From contig CDROCS010001548.1 of the NCBI GenBank assembly GCA_977020255.1, positions 372,001-436,000 on the forward strand: a DNA stretch of 64,000 bases, written 5' to 3'. The position numbers were made by a program, and so were the translations under genes. Positions within the stretch are counted from its first letter, which is position 1. Each line of letters starts with the position of its first letter. The notes beneath the pieces are model-generated. The model saw only the letters and a list, made by a program, of their open reading frames with translations, did no database searches and was not told where the DNA came from. This document shows positions 1-14,700 of this stretch, one piece after another. Source of the stretch: Obrimoposthia wandeli (Eukaryota).

Positions 1-1229
1 TTAAATTCAAGTTATTCAAATATGTAGGTTTTATCACGTGAAGTAAAACTAATTCCAAAAACATCTAAAATACCATTTTGTTTGCAATCTAATTAATGTA
101 GTATTATTTGTATGTGTAACATATGCTACATATTAAATTATACAACATGTTGTCTCCATGTAAAAATTAGTGAGCATATACGATCGTGTAAAAACGTAAT
201 GTTTTAAACTATTATATTAAGTTCACAAAATATTTACAAAATTTGCCTAACCTTTCAACATGGATTGTCAATATTGAGCTTCAATTTTGAAAGTAATTAT
301 AAATGCAAAGGTGGTTATGCAATTGAAAGATTATTTGGCTTATTGTTTGTGTACACTTCTAAAATTACTGACTTGACATTTATATATCGTTTGTAAACCA
401 CCCAATGATATTCAAACTTTTTAAAAGTTAAAACTTTATATCGGTTGTATTTATGTACGGTCTCAAATGTACAAAAGAATTCTAAATTTTAATAAAATTT
501 TAATATATTTCTTTCTTTAATGTTTTAACTGATTAATAATGTGCTTTATACAATTTTTATTATATGAATTAATATTCTAAACAAAAGCTGAAGTCGGATT
601 TGTTTATGTTTATCTATAAAACAACTTTTAATTTCAGTTAATTTCGCTTATTTTACTAACCTACACGTCTATAAATTAGTTTCTTTCAAATATAAACTAA
701 TGAGTATTTGTAAGTAAACTATTGTATAAAATATTTATTATTTTAAAACATTTTAAATAGATTTTTTGAGTTTGAAAAATATTTATTTAATTTATTAATA
801 TATTAACAAAAGTAAACATATTTATGTAAATAAAATTCTAAATTGTCATATTTGATAAATTAAAATTTTAAAAATACCATATTTTGTAGTTCTTTGCATG
901 TTTTCATATTATTTTTCATTAATTAAACATAAATAACCATACAACAAATTACAATATATTTCAATTTTTAATAATTATAAATTAAACAAGTGTGAATAAA
1001 TTATCATTTTTAAAGCTGCTAAATGCTAAAATTTTATACAGCTTTTATTTTATATGTTAAAAATATTTTTATATTGTTATTTTTAAAATTTTTAAATATT
1101 TTTACTTTATTTCTATATATTTTTTATTTAATAATTAGGATTAGAAATGAAAAAACACAGCTGTAGTTGCAATTTTTTGCATCTACTTCTCCAAAATAGT
1201 CAACCATTAAAACCATATTTAAAAATTTG

Positions 1230-1790
1230 AAAGAACATGCTAAGTAACAAACAACTTCTCCAACCGTTGAAATCATCGAATTAATCAGAAATGCAATTTA
1301 TTTGCCTTTTGCCAGCTGAAAACAATTGACCTACAAAGAAAATTCAAAAATTATAGACAAAATATTTGAAGTTGAAGCATCTGTGATCTGTTTAAAGATG
1401 ATTTTGAAAGTTTTGTGAAAGGTACACTGCTACGTGAAGAATATCCTTCTGTGGGCAAAATTAGATAGAGTGACGATGTAACATTCAAACTCAGTGTTGA
1501 TGTTAATCGCCATAATTCTGTTTACAGGACTGAAGAGAATCCTGATCATAGAAAAGGCAATAAGGGATCCAGGAATTACAATGCGTGTGGCAATGTAAAG
1601 CAAAGAATGCATTAAATCATCTTTTTTTTACGAGACAGTGACTGGATGAAAATACTTGCGATTCCAACGACAAGGATAATGCATTTTTCATGCTGGACGG
1701 TGCTCCCCCTTAAACCAAAACTTTGTAGGCTGGCGAATCGGTGGCCGTTCGGCAATTGAATGGGCTGTCCTTCTGATACTCCATTTCAAA
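1230..1790 (+). mobile_element. Degenerate Tc1/mariner (IS630-Tc1-mariner) transposase relic
   Basis: Broken-frame translation gives DDVTFKLSVDVNRHNSVY (cf. DEATFKLNGxVNRHNCVYW), FMLDGAPP (cf. FQQDGAPPH) and WRIGGRSAIEW (cf. WIGRRGPIEWP); stops and frameshifts present; boundaries approximate. Confidence 0.7.
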
Positions 1791-3768
1791 AACCTTTTCG
1801 AACAAAATCCTGATTCCCTCACCCAAACCTGAAGAAATCTATCGTCATCTCTATTCTGTAATTCCAATAAGAAACGAATATAGATTAGTTAACTGATTAT
1901 TGTTCAGCTGGTATTTTGATGAATAAATGGTGTTTTCTTAGACAGTCACCAGTTCATCTTAGGGATATTTATGTCACTTATCGAAGGCAGCAATTGACCA
2001 ATGTGTCTATTGTTCGACAAAAACGATATCTACCATCTCAATATGTGCAATCGTTGAAAAACTATATTCCCAAAGAGCTGATACACTGAGGATTTTACCA
2101 ATGAAATTGCAGACATATTTTATGCGTTGCATAACCTTAAAACATCTCAGAAGTGAAACAAAATGTTCGATTTGGAAAACCTCAGTGTCTTTGTGAGAGT
2201 AATTATTGAAATGAACGAATATTTCTCTGAATAGAGCGATAAAATGCGGGATTTTTTAATTATCGTTTGATTTATTAATAGTTGAGTAAAAAATTCTAAA
2301 GATTTTAATTTAAAATTAACAAATACAAAACATTGTAATAAAATTTACTTAAAAACAGAAATGGTTGTTTGAAGTATGAGTTAAGTTAACACGTATTGAA
2401 CACTTTAGTTTACACGTTTTAAACTACACAATTGGTAGAGCACAAAACTTTACAGCATCAATTTATGTTAAACATTTTGATGAAGTGGTTAATTAATTAG
2501 AACTATATAGGTAACTACAACAACAATGTACAACAAACTAATTCTGATATTTTAAGAAAATAAGAAGAATTCATAATAAGGTTTATATAATCTGATTTCT
2601 TATTAAATGTTTTCAAAATATTTAATTGGGTAATTTTTTGTATAAAAATGCCATAAAACTTCAATGCCGATAAATATAATGACTTTTATGCTAACTTTAT
2701 CAGTGTAAATAAAGAATTGTTTCAAAAAATATAATTTATTTTTACAGAGTTAAAGACAGATTGCGCTAAAGCCAAGTACAAAGAACTCTATATTTGGTTG
2801 TTAATATTTTTGATTTACACTTGCTATTACTTAAAGAACATGAAGTTTAATTGCTTCTTATGAGGTTTTAAAAATAATCCAGGAATATTATATTAATCTT
2901 TATTTGTTCAGATTATGACCGAAACAATTTTCAACAAAACGAAATAAATTTAACAATAAGTTATAATCTATCAGAAGTAGACAATACATGTGTGATTATG
3001 GATTATTATTCAAAATTTTAAATGATGTTTAATAATTCTCTCGAAAAAAGTAAAATACAAATCTAATCATTTTTTTCTTCAAAATCTTTTAATGGCCTCC
3101 ATTTCTCAACGTTTAAAAGCCCTTGATAAACATTTGCAAAGAGTTTATTTTATCAAGATAATCAATTTCAGAAGCCTTTCGTCAGAAAGTTTACACAAGT
3201 TACGAATTTTAAGAAATCAAAAAACTTCAATATTCAAGTTCAAATTCTGTATTGTAACTTCTGCCTTCTTTAACCACTCAATTCTCATGAGAAAAGTCAC
3301 CGAATATTTTATATTGTCCATCATACTGGAGTTCATTGCTTTCGCAATAAGAAGATTTCTCAAAGATAAAAGATCCGATTTCTTATTTATTCCAAACCAG
3401 CTTTAATATATATTTTTTAAACATTCTCGTATCTACACAAAATTCTACTCGAAATAAATTCATTATATCAATTCCACCAATAAATTGAGATTGAACAGTT
3501 TCTCTATAAAACATACTCTTGCTTCTTCGTTGTTTATTGTTCATTGTTTATTATCCAACTGTAGAGATTCCCGTAGCTATTGATAGTTTCCCAATTGAAG
3601 ATACTAATTTTTATTTTCAAATATTTCGCTTATATTTTATGATGAATTATTAAACATCTGTGGTCACCAGTTTCAAATTTCAGATTAACTTCAATATTCA
3701 AATTCAAATGATGTCTTCTTAATTATGATTAGTTAAACAAAATATTGTTTCCCTTCAAAAACTTAAAG

Positions 3769-4076
3769 CAGCAGTTTCCAAAGTGTGGGACGCGACCCCC
3801 AAAGGGGCGACTGATTTTCCAAAAGAATCGCATTAAAAGAATATTTCGATACTCATAAAATTATTGGACATTACCATTAAAAGTTTTTTTATAATTTTCC
3901 CGTAGTACGAAAGAATAATGTTCAAGAATTTTGCGAAGCTATTTTTAACGTTAGAAATTTGTTTAATAAAAAAGCTTTTGAATTAATAAATATAATTATG
4001 TTACTAATTTTTTTAAAGGGAGCCGGAAAGTTCGTTTTTTTACTGGGGCACCTTCCAAAAAGTTTGGAAATCGCTG
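3769..4076. mobile_element. hAT-superfamily (Charlie-like) non-autonomous MITE
   Basis: Imperfect TIRs CAGCAGTTTCCAAAGT...AGTTTGGAAATCGCTG; flanking 8-mers ACTTAAAG (3761-3768) and ACTTCAAG (4077-4084) match 7/8, as expected for an 8-bp hAT TSD. Confidence 0.8.
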
Positions 4077-4335
4077 ACTTCAAGTCAAAATTTTCACATC
4101 AATGCAGTAAAAGTGGTTAAATATAAATATTAAATTACATACTCAAAAACACAGTATTTGTTGTTGGAATAAGACCTAAAAAAAATAAGAAGTTTCAATT
4201 TAAAGTTCATACTTAAATATAGCTTAAAATATAATGTTCTTTTATTTGCTCTAATAAATACTATAAATAATTTATTAAAATTTTACGAGGGTATATTGGA
4301 AAGTATCCCAGATTTTTTAAATGCAACTTAAACTG

Positions 4336-4339
<4 letters not shown>

Positions 4340-4376
<37 letters not shown>
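4340..4376. repeat. (TA)n microsatellite
   Basis: Pure AT dinucleotide run. Confidence 0.97.
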
Positions 4377-4379
<3 letters not shown>

Positions 4380-5942
4380 CAAATTAAATACATTAACAAA
4401 AGTAAAGACTAATAACAAAACAACATACATTACAGTTTTATATTTTCGATCTGTGGATCTTTTTATCAATTCACAGTTGTAATCTACTAAAAAAAACATT
4501 ATTCAAACAGCTTTCATACAAAAAAGAATGTCATTCATGTTGACATTTTGTCAGGAATAGTTTAAACACGTTAAAATGATTCTGCGTAATGGGTATGTAA
4601 TCTATTGGGCTAGCATCTTAAAGTTTTCATGTAGTATCTCCTGCACAGTTGCATTTCCTATTCAATTTTGATTCGACAACTCAGGAACTGTGAATTTTGT
4701 TTAAATGCTCTTAAATAGTCAAAGTTTTAAACGAAGCAGGCTTTGAAATATTCTTTTCTATACTTATGCATATAGGTTATACTAATAAATAAGGTATAAC
4801 TAAATTAGCTTATTAATAAAACTTAGTTAATATTATTAAAGTTCAATAACTATTTTGAAGTTCAAATTAATTTTTTGTAACATTCATTTATTCAATCAAT
4901 TATTTAACTTTTAAAATCTTTATTTTTTCCAACTTTAAATTATATGTACCAATTTTACATCGTATTTAATTTGAAATATTAAAAACTTAAAACAAATCTT
5001 TTAATAATTTTTATTACTTATTTTCTCTGTTAATAAATAATCTGCATGAACCAACTCACGATCAGCTTCAATGATCGAATTAGTCAATGCAAGTTAGTCA
5101 GCTACAACTTTTAAAGTCGTTCAGTGACTCTCAACCTACAATAAACCAAGAAATCCAGTCACAAACAATGAATTGCTCCAAAGACTTTCTCCAGTCAACG
5201 TGAAATATCACTGGACGATGCACTTTCATTACAAAGGAAAAATCCGATGTTTCTCTGTTGTGATGTATATTCATTCAATTTCCAAAATGTATAGTATGTT
5301 GATTGAATATAGGTTTAATACGTAAGACGTCAGTCATATGATAATATTTTCATTCGTTTTATTTTTATAAACAAATTTCGATTAATCTCCTAAATGATAT
5401 CCATTTATACTAATAAGAGGTGCAAATTGGTGTTTATCGTAGTCAAATATTTGATAAACTTACAAAATGTATAAAATAATACAACAAAAACAGAATATGT
5501 AAAATCACAGATTTATATACAATATCTGATACACCCGATAATCTGAATTTGTAAAAATTGATTTTTTGTGTTTTGGATTACAGTTATTTTCTGAAAATTA
5601 ACATATAATCACATATATTCATTCAATTAGTTTCGACAAAATCATTCAATGTAGTTATACGATATTTTCTTACATTTCTATCAAATTGGTTATGGATTAC
5701 CGGGGCTCGGATTATAGAGTGTTGACTGTATTATTAAACAAGAGTTTGGATAATAGCATTATTAAAATTCTAAACTGTTTTTTTTTCTTTAACTGTTTGG
5801 AAATTATATGTGAAATTAAAATCTTTAATGTTTATTGTTTTATAAATAATAGATAATTTTAAAGTTATTAAGTTCAAATTTGTGTCAAGTATGGTTAAAC
5901 CATATCGTTATTTATCAAAAAAGGTTAAGAAATAATTCTCAC

Positions 5943-8742
5943 CATTTAAAAATTGAACCATTGGAGCTAAAATTATAAGATTAATTTAATATATTATATC
6001 AAAAATGTTACATAGACTTAATTTAAATTCTGCTGGAAGACTTTTAAGAATATGCATTATAGTATTATTAATTGATGCTGGATCAGAAATTGTTGTGAGA
6101 ATAGTCATACTGATGTTTCTGAAGATCATTCCGTTTGTTTCAAGTGATTGAATGCTGCAAAACAAAATTCAATAAACATTAAAATTTACTCACTTCAACG
6201 TATTTCCCAAAACTTTGATTATGCCATCGGTAGAAGTAATCAGTTCTCTCAAAACATTTTCCGGCAAACCAATCATGGGATTGTTGGGATCTGTTCCAAT
6301 CAGTGTAGACGGAAATTTCATGAGCGCATTGAGATTGAGATTCTGAGCCAACAATACTCCTTTTGCTAAAATGAATTATAGAAAACATAAGAAAATAGTT
6401 TTTGTTGAAGAATTAATTATTATTGATTGAATGGAATTAAATACTAATATATTCTAAATTAGTAAAATAAATTAAATAGTGGGCAATGAAATGACTATTA
6501 TGGGTGGGTGGTGAAAGTAGCGAAGACGGTCTTTATAAAAGTTTTTAATATGTTAAAGTTTAAAGTTATTTAATCAAAGTGGTTGGCAAAAGGATTTTAA
6601 AAGAAGTTTATGATCAATAGAAAAGTTTGAAATTTAAAAGTAATTGATGAGAAAAAAGAAGATTTTAATTTGAATTAAAAAGTTAAAGAAATCGATAATT
6701 TATTGGACTGTTTAATTTCAAATTATCTGAAAATCACATGCCACAGATTCATATGAAGATCTTCAAATGCAGAAAAACTAACCGTTCTGCTTATGCTTGT
6801 TTTGTTCAAGAATGTTCTAAGATTATACAGTCAAATGATGTTTACAAGTACAACTTTTCTCAATTGTCAAAAATGTGCTCTTCAAAATGGAAACTAAAAA
6901 TGGAATACCACATGCTATCCAACTACAGTGGAAGAGGCTACAACGAGCCGGATTTCGATGGGCAGTCTCAAGATCTCAGCGATGAGCCAGTACCAAAGAA
7001 GCAAATTATTGCCGACATTTATGTAACACCACTACTAAAGTTGTAATTGATATGTCACTACAATACTGTTAAACAACACTACAACTTTATGATAATATGA
7101 TTTTGTAAAATAAAGATTTAAATTTCTATAAAATTAAATGTATATTTTTATGTTTGTTTGTGTAATATACTCATGTATGAATGAAATAATGAGTGTTAAA
7201 TTTTAAAGTAAAATAATTAAAAGCTTTATTTACAAATAGCATATAGATCATCTTTTTAAAATAAGACATTATAAAAAGTCAAAGAAAGTGTAAAAACTTT
7301 ATTCTAATAATATATTTGAAATTTACGACTTTAAAAGTTTTTTATTGAACTTTGAAATTAGTGTTAACATTTTTCAATCTGCAAATTTTACTCGGTATAA
7401 AAATGTAACCGGAAACATTCCCAATTGGACATCTCTGAATATTAAAATAATCAATTTTAAATATAGGTAAACATTCATAACTGCTAAATTCCTGTAAAAA
7501 AGATAAATGTTGAACTAAACAATTAAAATAAGTTATACTATTATTTTCTTACAAATTAAACTTATTTAATAATATTAATACTCTATAATTATTTTTAAGT
7601 TCAAATAAAATTTTGTAACATTTATATATTCAACAAACATTTATTTTCAAATTTTTAATTACATTTATCTATTTAAAATCGCTTATAATTTGAAATATTA
7701 CAAACTTAAAATAAGAATTTTAATCATTTGTATTCCTTATTTTATCTTTAAAAACATGTATTTAGCAAATATTTTGCACAGATTCGAAGTCAAGTTAATA
7801 TATTTAAATTATAAAATTCACTATATGAATGTAAGTGTAAAATGGAATTTAAATAATTTTGAAAAACTGAAAAAGTACAAACATTTTAATTCATTCCATG
7901 ATATGCCTGCAAAACCTTGCAGAATTTTCTCCATTTCTTGAAGATTCCCAACATTTGTATTGATCATTCCAATCATTTTCAACGGATCTCCCAAACTTCT
8001 AAAAATTAAATTTAAATGTCTTAGCTAAAAGTTTGTTTCAAAATATTTACAAATAAAATATTTATTGCGAGTTAGATTTAAAATGAATTTAAAATATTTT
8101 CTTCTCATAATTTCCGATTTTAATTAGCAACTTATTAAATAACATGACTTATAATTAAACTTATTTGACATATTTTTTGTGATTTTAGCCAAAGCTAAAA
8201 ATAAATTGCAACTCTATAGTTTTAATTTAAAATTATTTTGTTATTTAAAACAATAAATTACTTAATTGTTTATTTTGTTTTTATCAATCATATTTATTGA
8301 CAGTTAATCTTGATTTTGTAATAATTCATTTTCCTTTCATTATTCGCTAAAAATTATTAATCAAAATTTGTAATTATCTAACGTTTACTAACTTTTATCG
8401 AGTATTTTAGTAGAATCTTTTGTTTGAATCTTCTAGTGATTGGATAATATATTTTAAAAAATAAAATAATAAATGTAAAACTCAATTTTAATTGAATATA
8501 GCATATTTTAAATATGTTTTACACACTTAGAAATTTCGTTTTATTATATTCTAATAATGCCAAATTTCATTAAAGAAAATATACAACTTACTGCGTCAAG
8601 GGCAAAAGCGATGTAAAATTGATGTTTAATTTAGCAAATTCAGTAGTAAGTTGGGCTATCAAAACTTGCATATCCTTTGGCAGAAATGGAACGTGTGGAA
8701 TAGTGTTATTGAAAGTCGTCAGTATCAGAGTGAACGTTTTAG
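5943..8742 (-). CDS. Host gene repeat cassette 3 (exons A-E)
   Basis: Paralogous exons of 151/116/172/143/24 nt, phases matching cassettes 1 and 2. Confidence 0.8.
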
Positions 8743-11700
8743 CTGAAAATATATTATTAAATTCATTATCAAATAAAACAAAGGTAAAAAGAAACAATTA
8801 AGAATCTTTAACTGTTTTCAACAGTCTCTTAAATCTAAAAGTTCATATTCACTTTCTAACTATCGATTAATAATCTATAATAAACCTACAAATATATAAT
8901 ATACAAAAATTTATATTCTTGCTGGTGTTACAATTTTGAAACTTTTATAATGGCGATTTATATTGATGTACTAATACGTACTATCTACGTATCTTGTAAT
9001 AATTAATATGTTTATTGTCAATATTAAGTCATAGAAGAAAAATGATTATTTGACTTTTGTTTTCTATTTATACGAAAACTATATTGATATAACTATTACT
9101 GACACAAATATTCATGTAAAATCCAAAATAATGTTAAAAAATGTATCAGTTTTAGATATTTTGAGAAATGAAAAATAAACTCTTCATTTAAACATAAAGT
9201 AAAAAGAAATTTCAGTCTTCAGCGAAAAAATACTTAACGCAAAGAAATGGACAGAAAAATTTAACTGGCTATTGGAACTAGTAATCAGCTATTAAGGTAA
9301 AAAGGTTTTTCAGAATAAAATGATAAAAATAAATTAAAAATTGAATAAGCCGAAAAAATCCGAATATATTGTGGATTTATTTAAAAATGGGAAAATATGA
9401 TATTTTTGAAACATTTGAGAATAATGGTTACAAGTCGGTTGGTAAAACTATTAAAAAATCAAAAATGAAAGAAACTTAATCTACCTACCCGTAAATTTAT
9501 AATCTTGATGTGTTTCATTTTATAATTTTACGTATCAAAACTATAACTTCCTCATGAATAGTTATCACAAGTTATATATGACATTGTGAATCAGTTTGCA
9601 TAATTACGGTTTTATTCTTTCTGTAAAAATTGAAATGTTTACTATTATTGGGATTACCCAAAGAAGCCGAATTTATCCACAGAAAAACGCAATTTGAAGG
9701 GATATGTTGAGAAAAATAATTTATATTTTTTACTCACATTACTTTTATATTGTATTAAACTATTAAATTTAACTACTTTGGTAAATTTTCTGTGAAGGTG
9801 GCATTTAAAGTTATTAGTCACTTCAAACTAATGTGATAAAACATGTAATTTTATTATATCAAACAAATATGTAAGCATTAACATGATAAAGTTTACCTAT
9901 ATTTTCCAGTAATCTAAAAAATCTCTCAAATCTTGACTTATTGCTGCTGCTGCCTTTTGAATGGTTCTTTGTAATACAATTAAATATAAATGACGTAATT
10001 GTCCGCATTTACAATATTTTTCCCTATGGCTTTTCTTTAAGTGTTTATCATACATAATTTAATCTTTTGTCCTTTTCCATAGGTTTTTCAGACAATTTCC
10101 TAAAAAAACTGCACTGGACGGTGTATTGTTCTCCTTTAAAATTTGAAAATACTTTATTTCGATTTTATGTTTACTTTTGCTTATCTTGAATTCTTTTTTG
10201 GCCTCTTTGACTAAACCAGGCTTTGATTGGATTGTCAATCCGCTTATCTGTCATTAGTCGTTTTTTATCTACGTCTCTTAAATCGTCTATACGTTACAGA
10301 ACCCATTTCAAATAGTTTCAATATGATCTCCCAGTATTTTTTTTCGTTACCACTGCATAAACTCTAGAATTAATATTTGTGGTAACCTTTCTAGCAACGT
10401 CTGGTATGAATAACTGCTTCCAAAGTCATCTCTTCTTCTAAGTCGTTTTAATGTTATTGGGATCATTTCTACTGACTCAGTAAACCTATCTAAGTCTTTG
10501 CTTACTCCATAGAAAATTAGTTTTCATCTTTCAACATCATCCAACACATTTTAATTCTGTAATTTCACACCCCCATCTTTCTTCCCAGTCTATTCATTGC
10601 CACTATATACACTTCTTCCAAGAATCCCAAAGTTTTGATATACTCGAGAGGCTCACATTCCAAATACTGATGCAGATGAATAAACTTGTTTATCTTGTCT
10701 CCCACTACATTTGCAACTTCTTTTTTCAGTCTCCGTTTAACTCAATATAAATTTGAAATTGTTTGTTTAGCTCTTAATACACGTTTGAATACTATTCCTC
10801 ATAACTCTAAAGCTTTATCTTAACTTATTTGTTTGCTCCAAATGCTTGCATTGTTAAATTATACCTTATCATGAGTTGTATGTTGAATAAACGCTTTCCA
10901 AACCTTCATTTATTTAATTCCTCATTGTTCCCATTTTCAATTGTAACCCAAAATATATATAGTTTCTCTCTTGATTCCGTAATTGATCAGCATATGGTTT
11001 TCTTGTAATAACCTACATACGAAACTATCTATCTGTTTATCCGATATAATATCTTCCTTATCATAAATATTGGCTCAGATACTTTCAACATAATCATTTG
11101 ACTTGACATTAAATATGATTTTCTTACCGGCAAGAGGTTTCTAAAATATATGTGGGTTCCCACAATTTTAAAATACAAATATAGCTTTTACTATATATTA
11201 TTGCTTCACATCTCAAAATAACTCTCATATTTAAACCTTCGTAAACAACATTTAACTTACATACACTCTGTTCAATTTCGCCCTATTTATTAAATAACCA
11301 ACATGCTGAGGTTCTTTCTCTAAGTCTTTCCGCTAATATTTCCTATAATTCATTCATTGATTCTTCCGATGGTTATTCATTTTCTCAATTTCCTCTTTCA
11401 ATTAAGCACAATTCTACTTTCTTATTAGACGCTCCACATTTTCATCTTTCCATTTGATTACCATTTTATTTTCTTAAGTTTTCAGCTTTCCCAGGATCTT
11501 CTTTCATTGCATCTGATGGCTCCTTGTTGTTAACGTTTTTTCGACAACAGCCTCTTCAACAAAGTTAACCTCTCCTTTTTTAAATGCGCTCCTCCAAAAT
11601 CCGTCAAAATTCTTTCTCTTTCCCATCATCTTCCGACATTAACCCAACAACGATTCTCTTATATCCGATTTACATCTCCTTAATTTGTTACGCCTTCTTC

Positions 11701-14700
11701 TCATAGCTTTCTTATCAATCTATTTTTGTCACACCGACTCTAATCTCCATTCCTCCAACCTAATCGATATTTCTGAACTCCCTAAACATTCAACATCACT
11801 CAAACTCCCATCAAAATTTTCTAAACTTCTCAGACAATTTAATTTACTTGCATTCAAAATAACAATAACACAGTATCGTACACTATATACAAAGGTTTGT
11901 TGGTTAATCTTTATGTAAATCAGCTCCGGTACTGCAAAGAGTCCTGCCTTCTCAGACACAAACAAAAGTGTAACAGAAAAAGATAAGATAACCTAAAGAC
12001 ACAAGGAAGATCTTGGCTGTCAGTATCTAAGTTTGTTATCGTTTCGCAGCAGTCAGCCACCTCTGGAGGTCTACTAATACAGTGCCGCCAGGAGTTTATA
12101 GTTCACCATATTCGGCTCTCCTTTCGATCAACCGCAAACTAGGATCCGTTCAGAGCTTTGTATGAGTTTCTTGGCAGCCTTCACAGTATCACTCAACGCC
12201 TTTTCGTTCTTTCTCTTGACAATTCTTCTTTGAATCTTTGCCTTTCATAAACAAGAATTTAAGAATTTACAGTCGGCCCATTGTCGTGTTTGATAAAGTG
12301 TGGTGAGGTAAAGCCGCCATCAAACTCCAGTCCTTCAATAAATTCCAGTTCGTCAATTAACATTTTTTTATCATTAAATGTAATTGTGCAATATTTTCAC
12401 ATTTTCTTCATAGCGTTACCAATAATATTATCCACATTGACAGTTATCGTGCAACTTGTACAATCTCTTCGGAGTTTGTAACTTGTCTTGATATATAATT
12501 CAGACTTTGACCGATATTGTTCGCATCCATCATAGCAACATCGTGGACTATTTTTGTTGCCATATTCTGAAATTTGTATTTTCACTCAATATCTTTGGCC
12601 ACGGTAACATCTGCTAATACATCTACTCCAACTAACATAGCTGAACGAGCTTCAGAACTATTACGTCTGGCTATTATATTTGTAAATTTATACACACCGA
12701 TACACAAAGAATACACAAAAGTGCATTAGATTCCTTGGCCACTTATTGGACCGTTTGAATTAATTCTCGATTTTCAACACTTATATATTATTTGTACTTT
12801 TATTAGATTATGAGCATGTCACATAAGATATATAAATTGTCATTCTATAAATCATTAGAAAACAAATATACAATTACTCACAGAATGAATTCATCTTCGT
12901 TGGTGGAAAGTAAGCTGGATCGGAAATTTCAATAAAATATATTTTTAATATTGTTCATTTTCAAAATAATTGCCTTATATAAAGAAAGAAAAATATTTTC
13001 ATTTCCAAAACGAAGTAAAATAAAGAGTATATATTTAGAGGAAGTTTGCTGTGTTTTCCTTAAAACTCTTGCTTAAATAGTAAGATTTTAATTATCATAT
13101 TTAGTATTTATTTGTGTTTCCATTTTTATTAAATATGAGACTGTTTATATTCACATCCAGTTTAATGGAAATTGTTATGAATGTTGAGTATTTTTTTGAA
13201 TTTTCCAATATATTATATGTATATTTAGTGGCCCAATAGTTTACTGAAACACATGTAAAAATCCAAGTTTAATACACTACCATATAAATTATGGATCATT
13301 ATTAAAACTTCTAAATGAACTAGAACTTCAGAGTATCATGTATTGTATGAAACGCTCCATACTTTTTGACTCCAAAATTAATCTACTTACAACTTATAAT
13401 CGTATAATATTTATTTAAAATTTTTTAGTTGGGTCATCGGAAGAGATTACAAGCCACATTGGTGTTTCATTATAATAATTCGAGTATATGATATTTGTCT
13501 TAATATTGATGCCATCGTAGCATTCATTTAGGCACAAATTTCCCCCTGACTTAATAATAAATCACAGTGCTATCTAAATCCAATAAATTATTGAATAAAT
13601 AAAGTTTAGCTTCCAAAAAAATAATAAAGGGTTCAACTTGTAAAATTTGTTGCGTATGCCCAATATGCGATATATTTATAAAGCGCCAAAATCTATTTGT
13701 ATACTACACATGACGCAAAGAAAAATCCATTTTCATGAAGGAACTTCTTCAATTTTCATTATAAATCTACAGGAACATTTCGTAGTATTTCTTTAATATA
13801 AAAGTTTTCAAAATTGTTCTATGTGTATATTCTAACAATGTCTGGTTTTTCTGGTTAAGGATTTCACAATTCGTTTTTGTGACTCTCTTCCGTTCTCAAT
13901 GTCCATCTTGACTTAGAAAAAATATGAATAATTAAAATACCTTTAAATTGGATTTTAGATCTTGTCATTAGCCAATACAATTTAATTTCACCGCGGTAGT
14001 TTAGTGGTAGAATGTGCGGCTTGTAAGTAGTGAAGCGCGTGGTTCTATTCCCGGTAATTTATTTATGTTGTACCCGAAACAGTATAGTATAAATTATTTA
14101 AAAAATAATGTAATAAATTATAATTAAAATAATAGCTATCAGAAATACATGATTAAGAAATTCAGGTAATTGCAACACAATACAGATGTACCTATATTTA
14201 ACTTACTGTTGAAAACTTACATAAACATCCAAAATAAAAAAATTACATTTTAATATTAACAAAAACACTCTTACCATTTAATAACGGTATTATTGAAGCT
14301 AAAGATAGATAATGAAATTTGATGAAACAAAATATTACATATATTGACTTTTATTTCCATTGGGAGCTTCTGTAGTAATTGCATCATGGTACTATTGACT
14401 GATTTCGAATCCGATATTGTCGTGAGAATGGTCATGCTGATATTTCTAATGACCTTTCCGTTTAATTCGGACGATTGAATACTGCAACAAAAAACTAATT
14501 TGACAAAAATTCATCCTTTCACTCACTTCAACGTATTGGCCAAGACTTTTATGATGCCATCTGCTGATTTAATTAAATCCTTTAAAAAAGTTTCCCGTAG
14601 ATTCAACATTGTATTGTTTGGATCTCTGGATGATGGGAACATCATTAGCGCATTGAGATTAAGATTTTGAGATAGCAGCATTCCTTTGACTAAATGAGAA

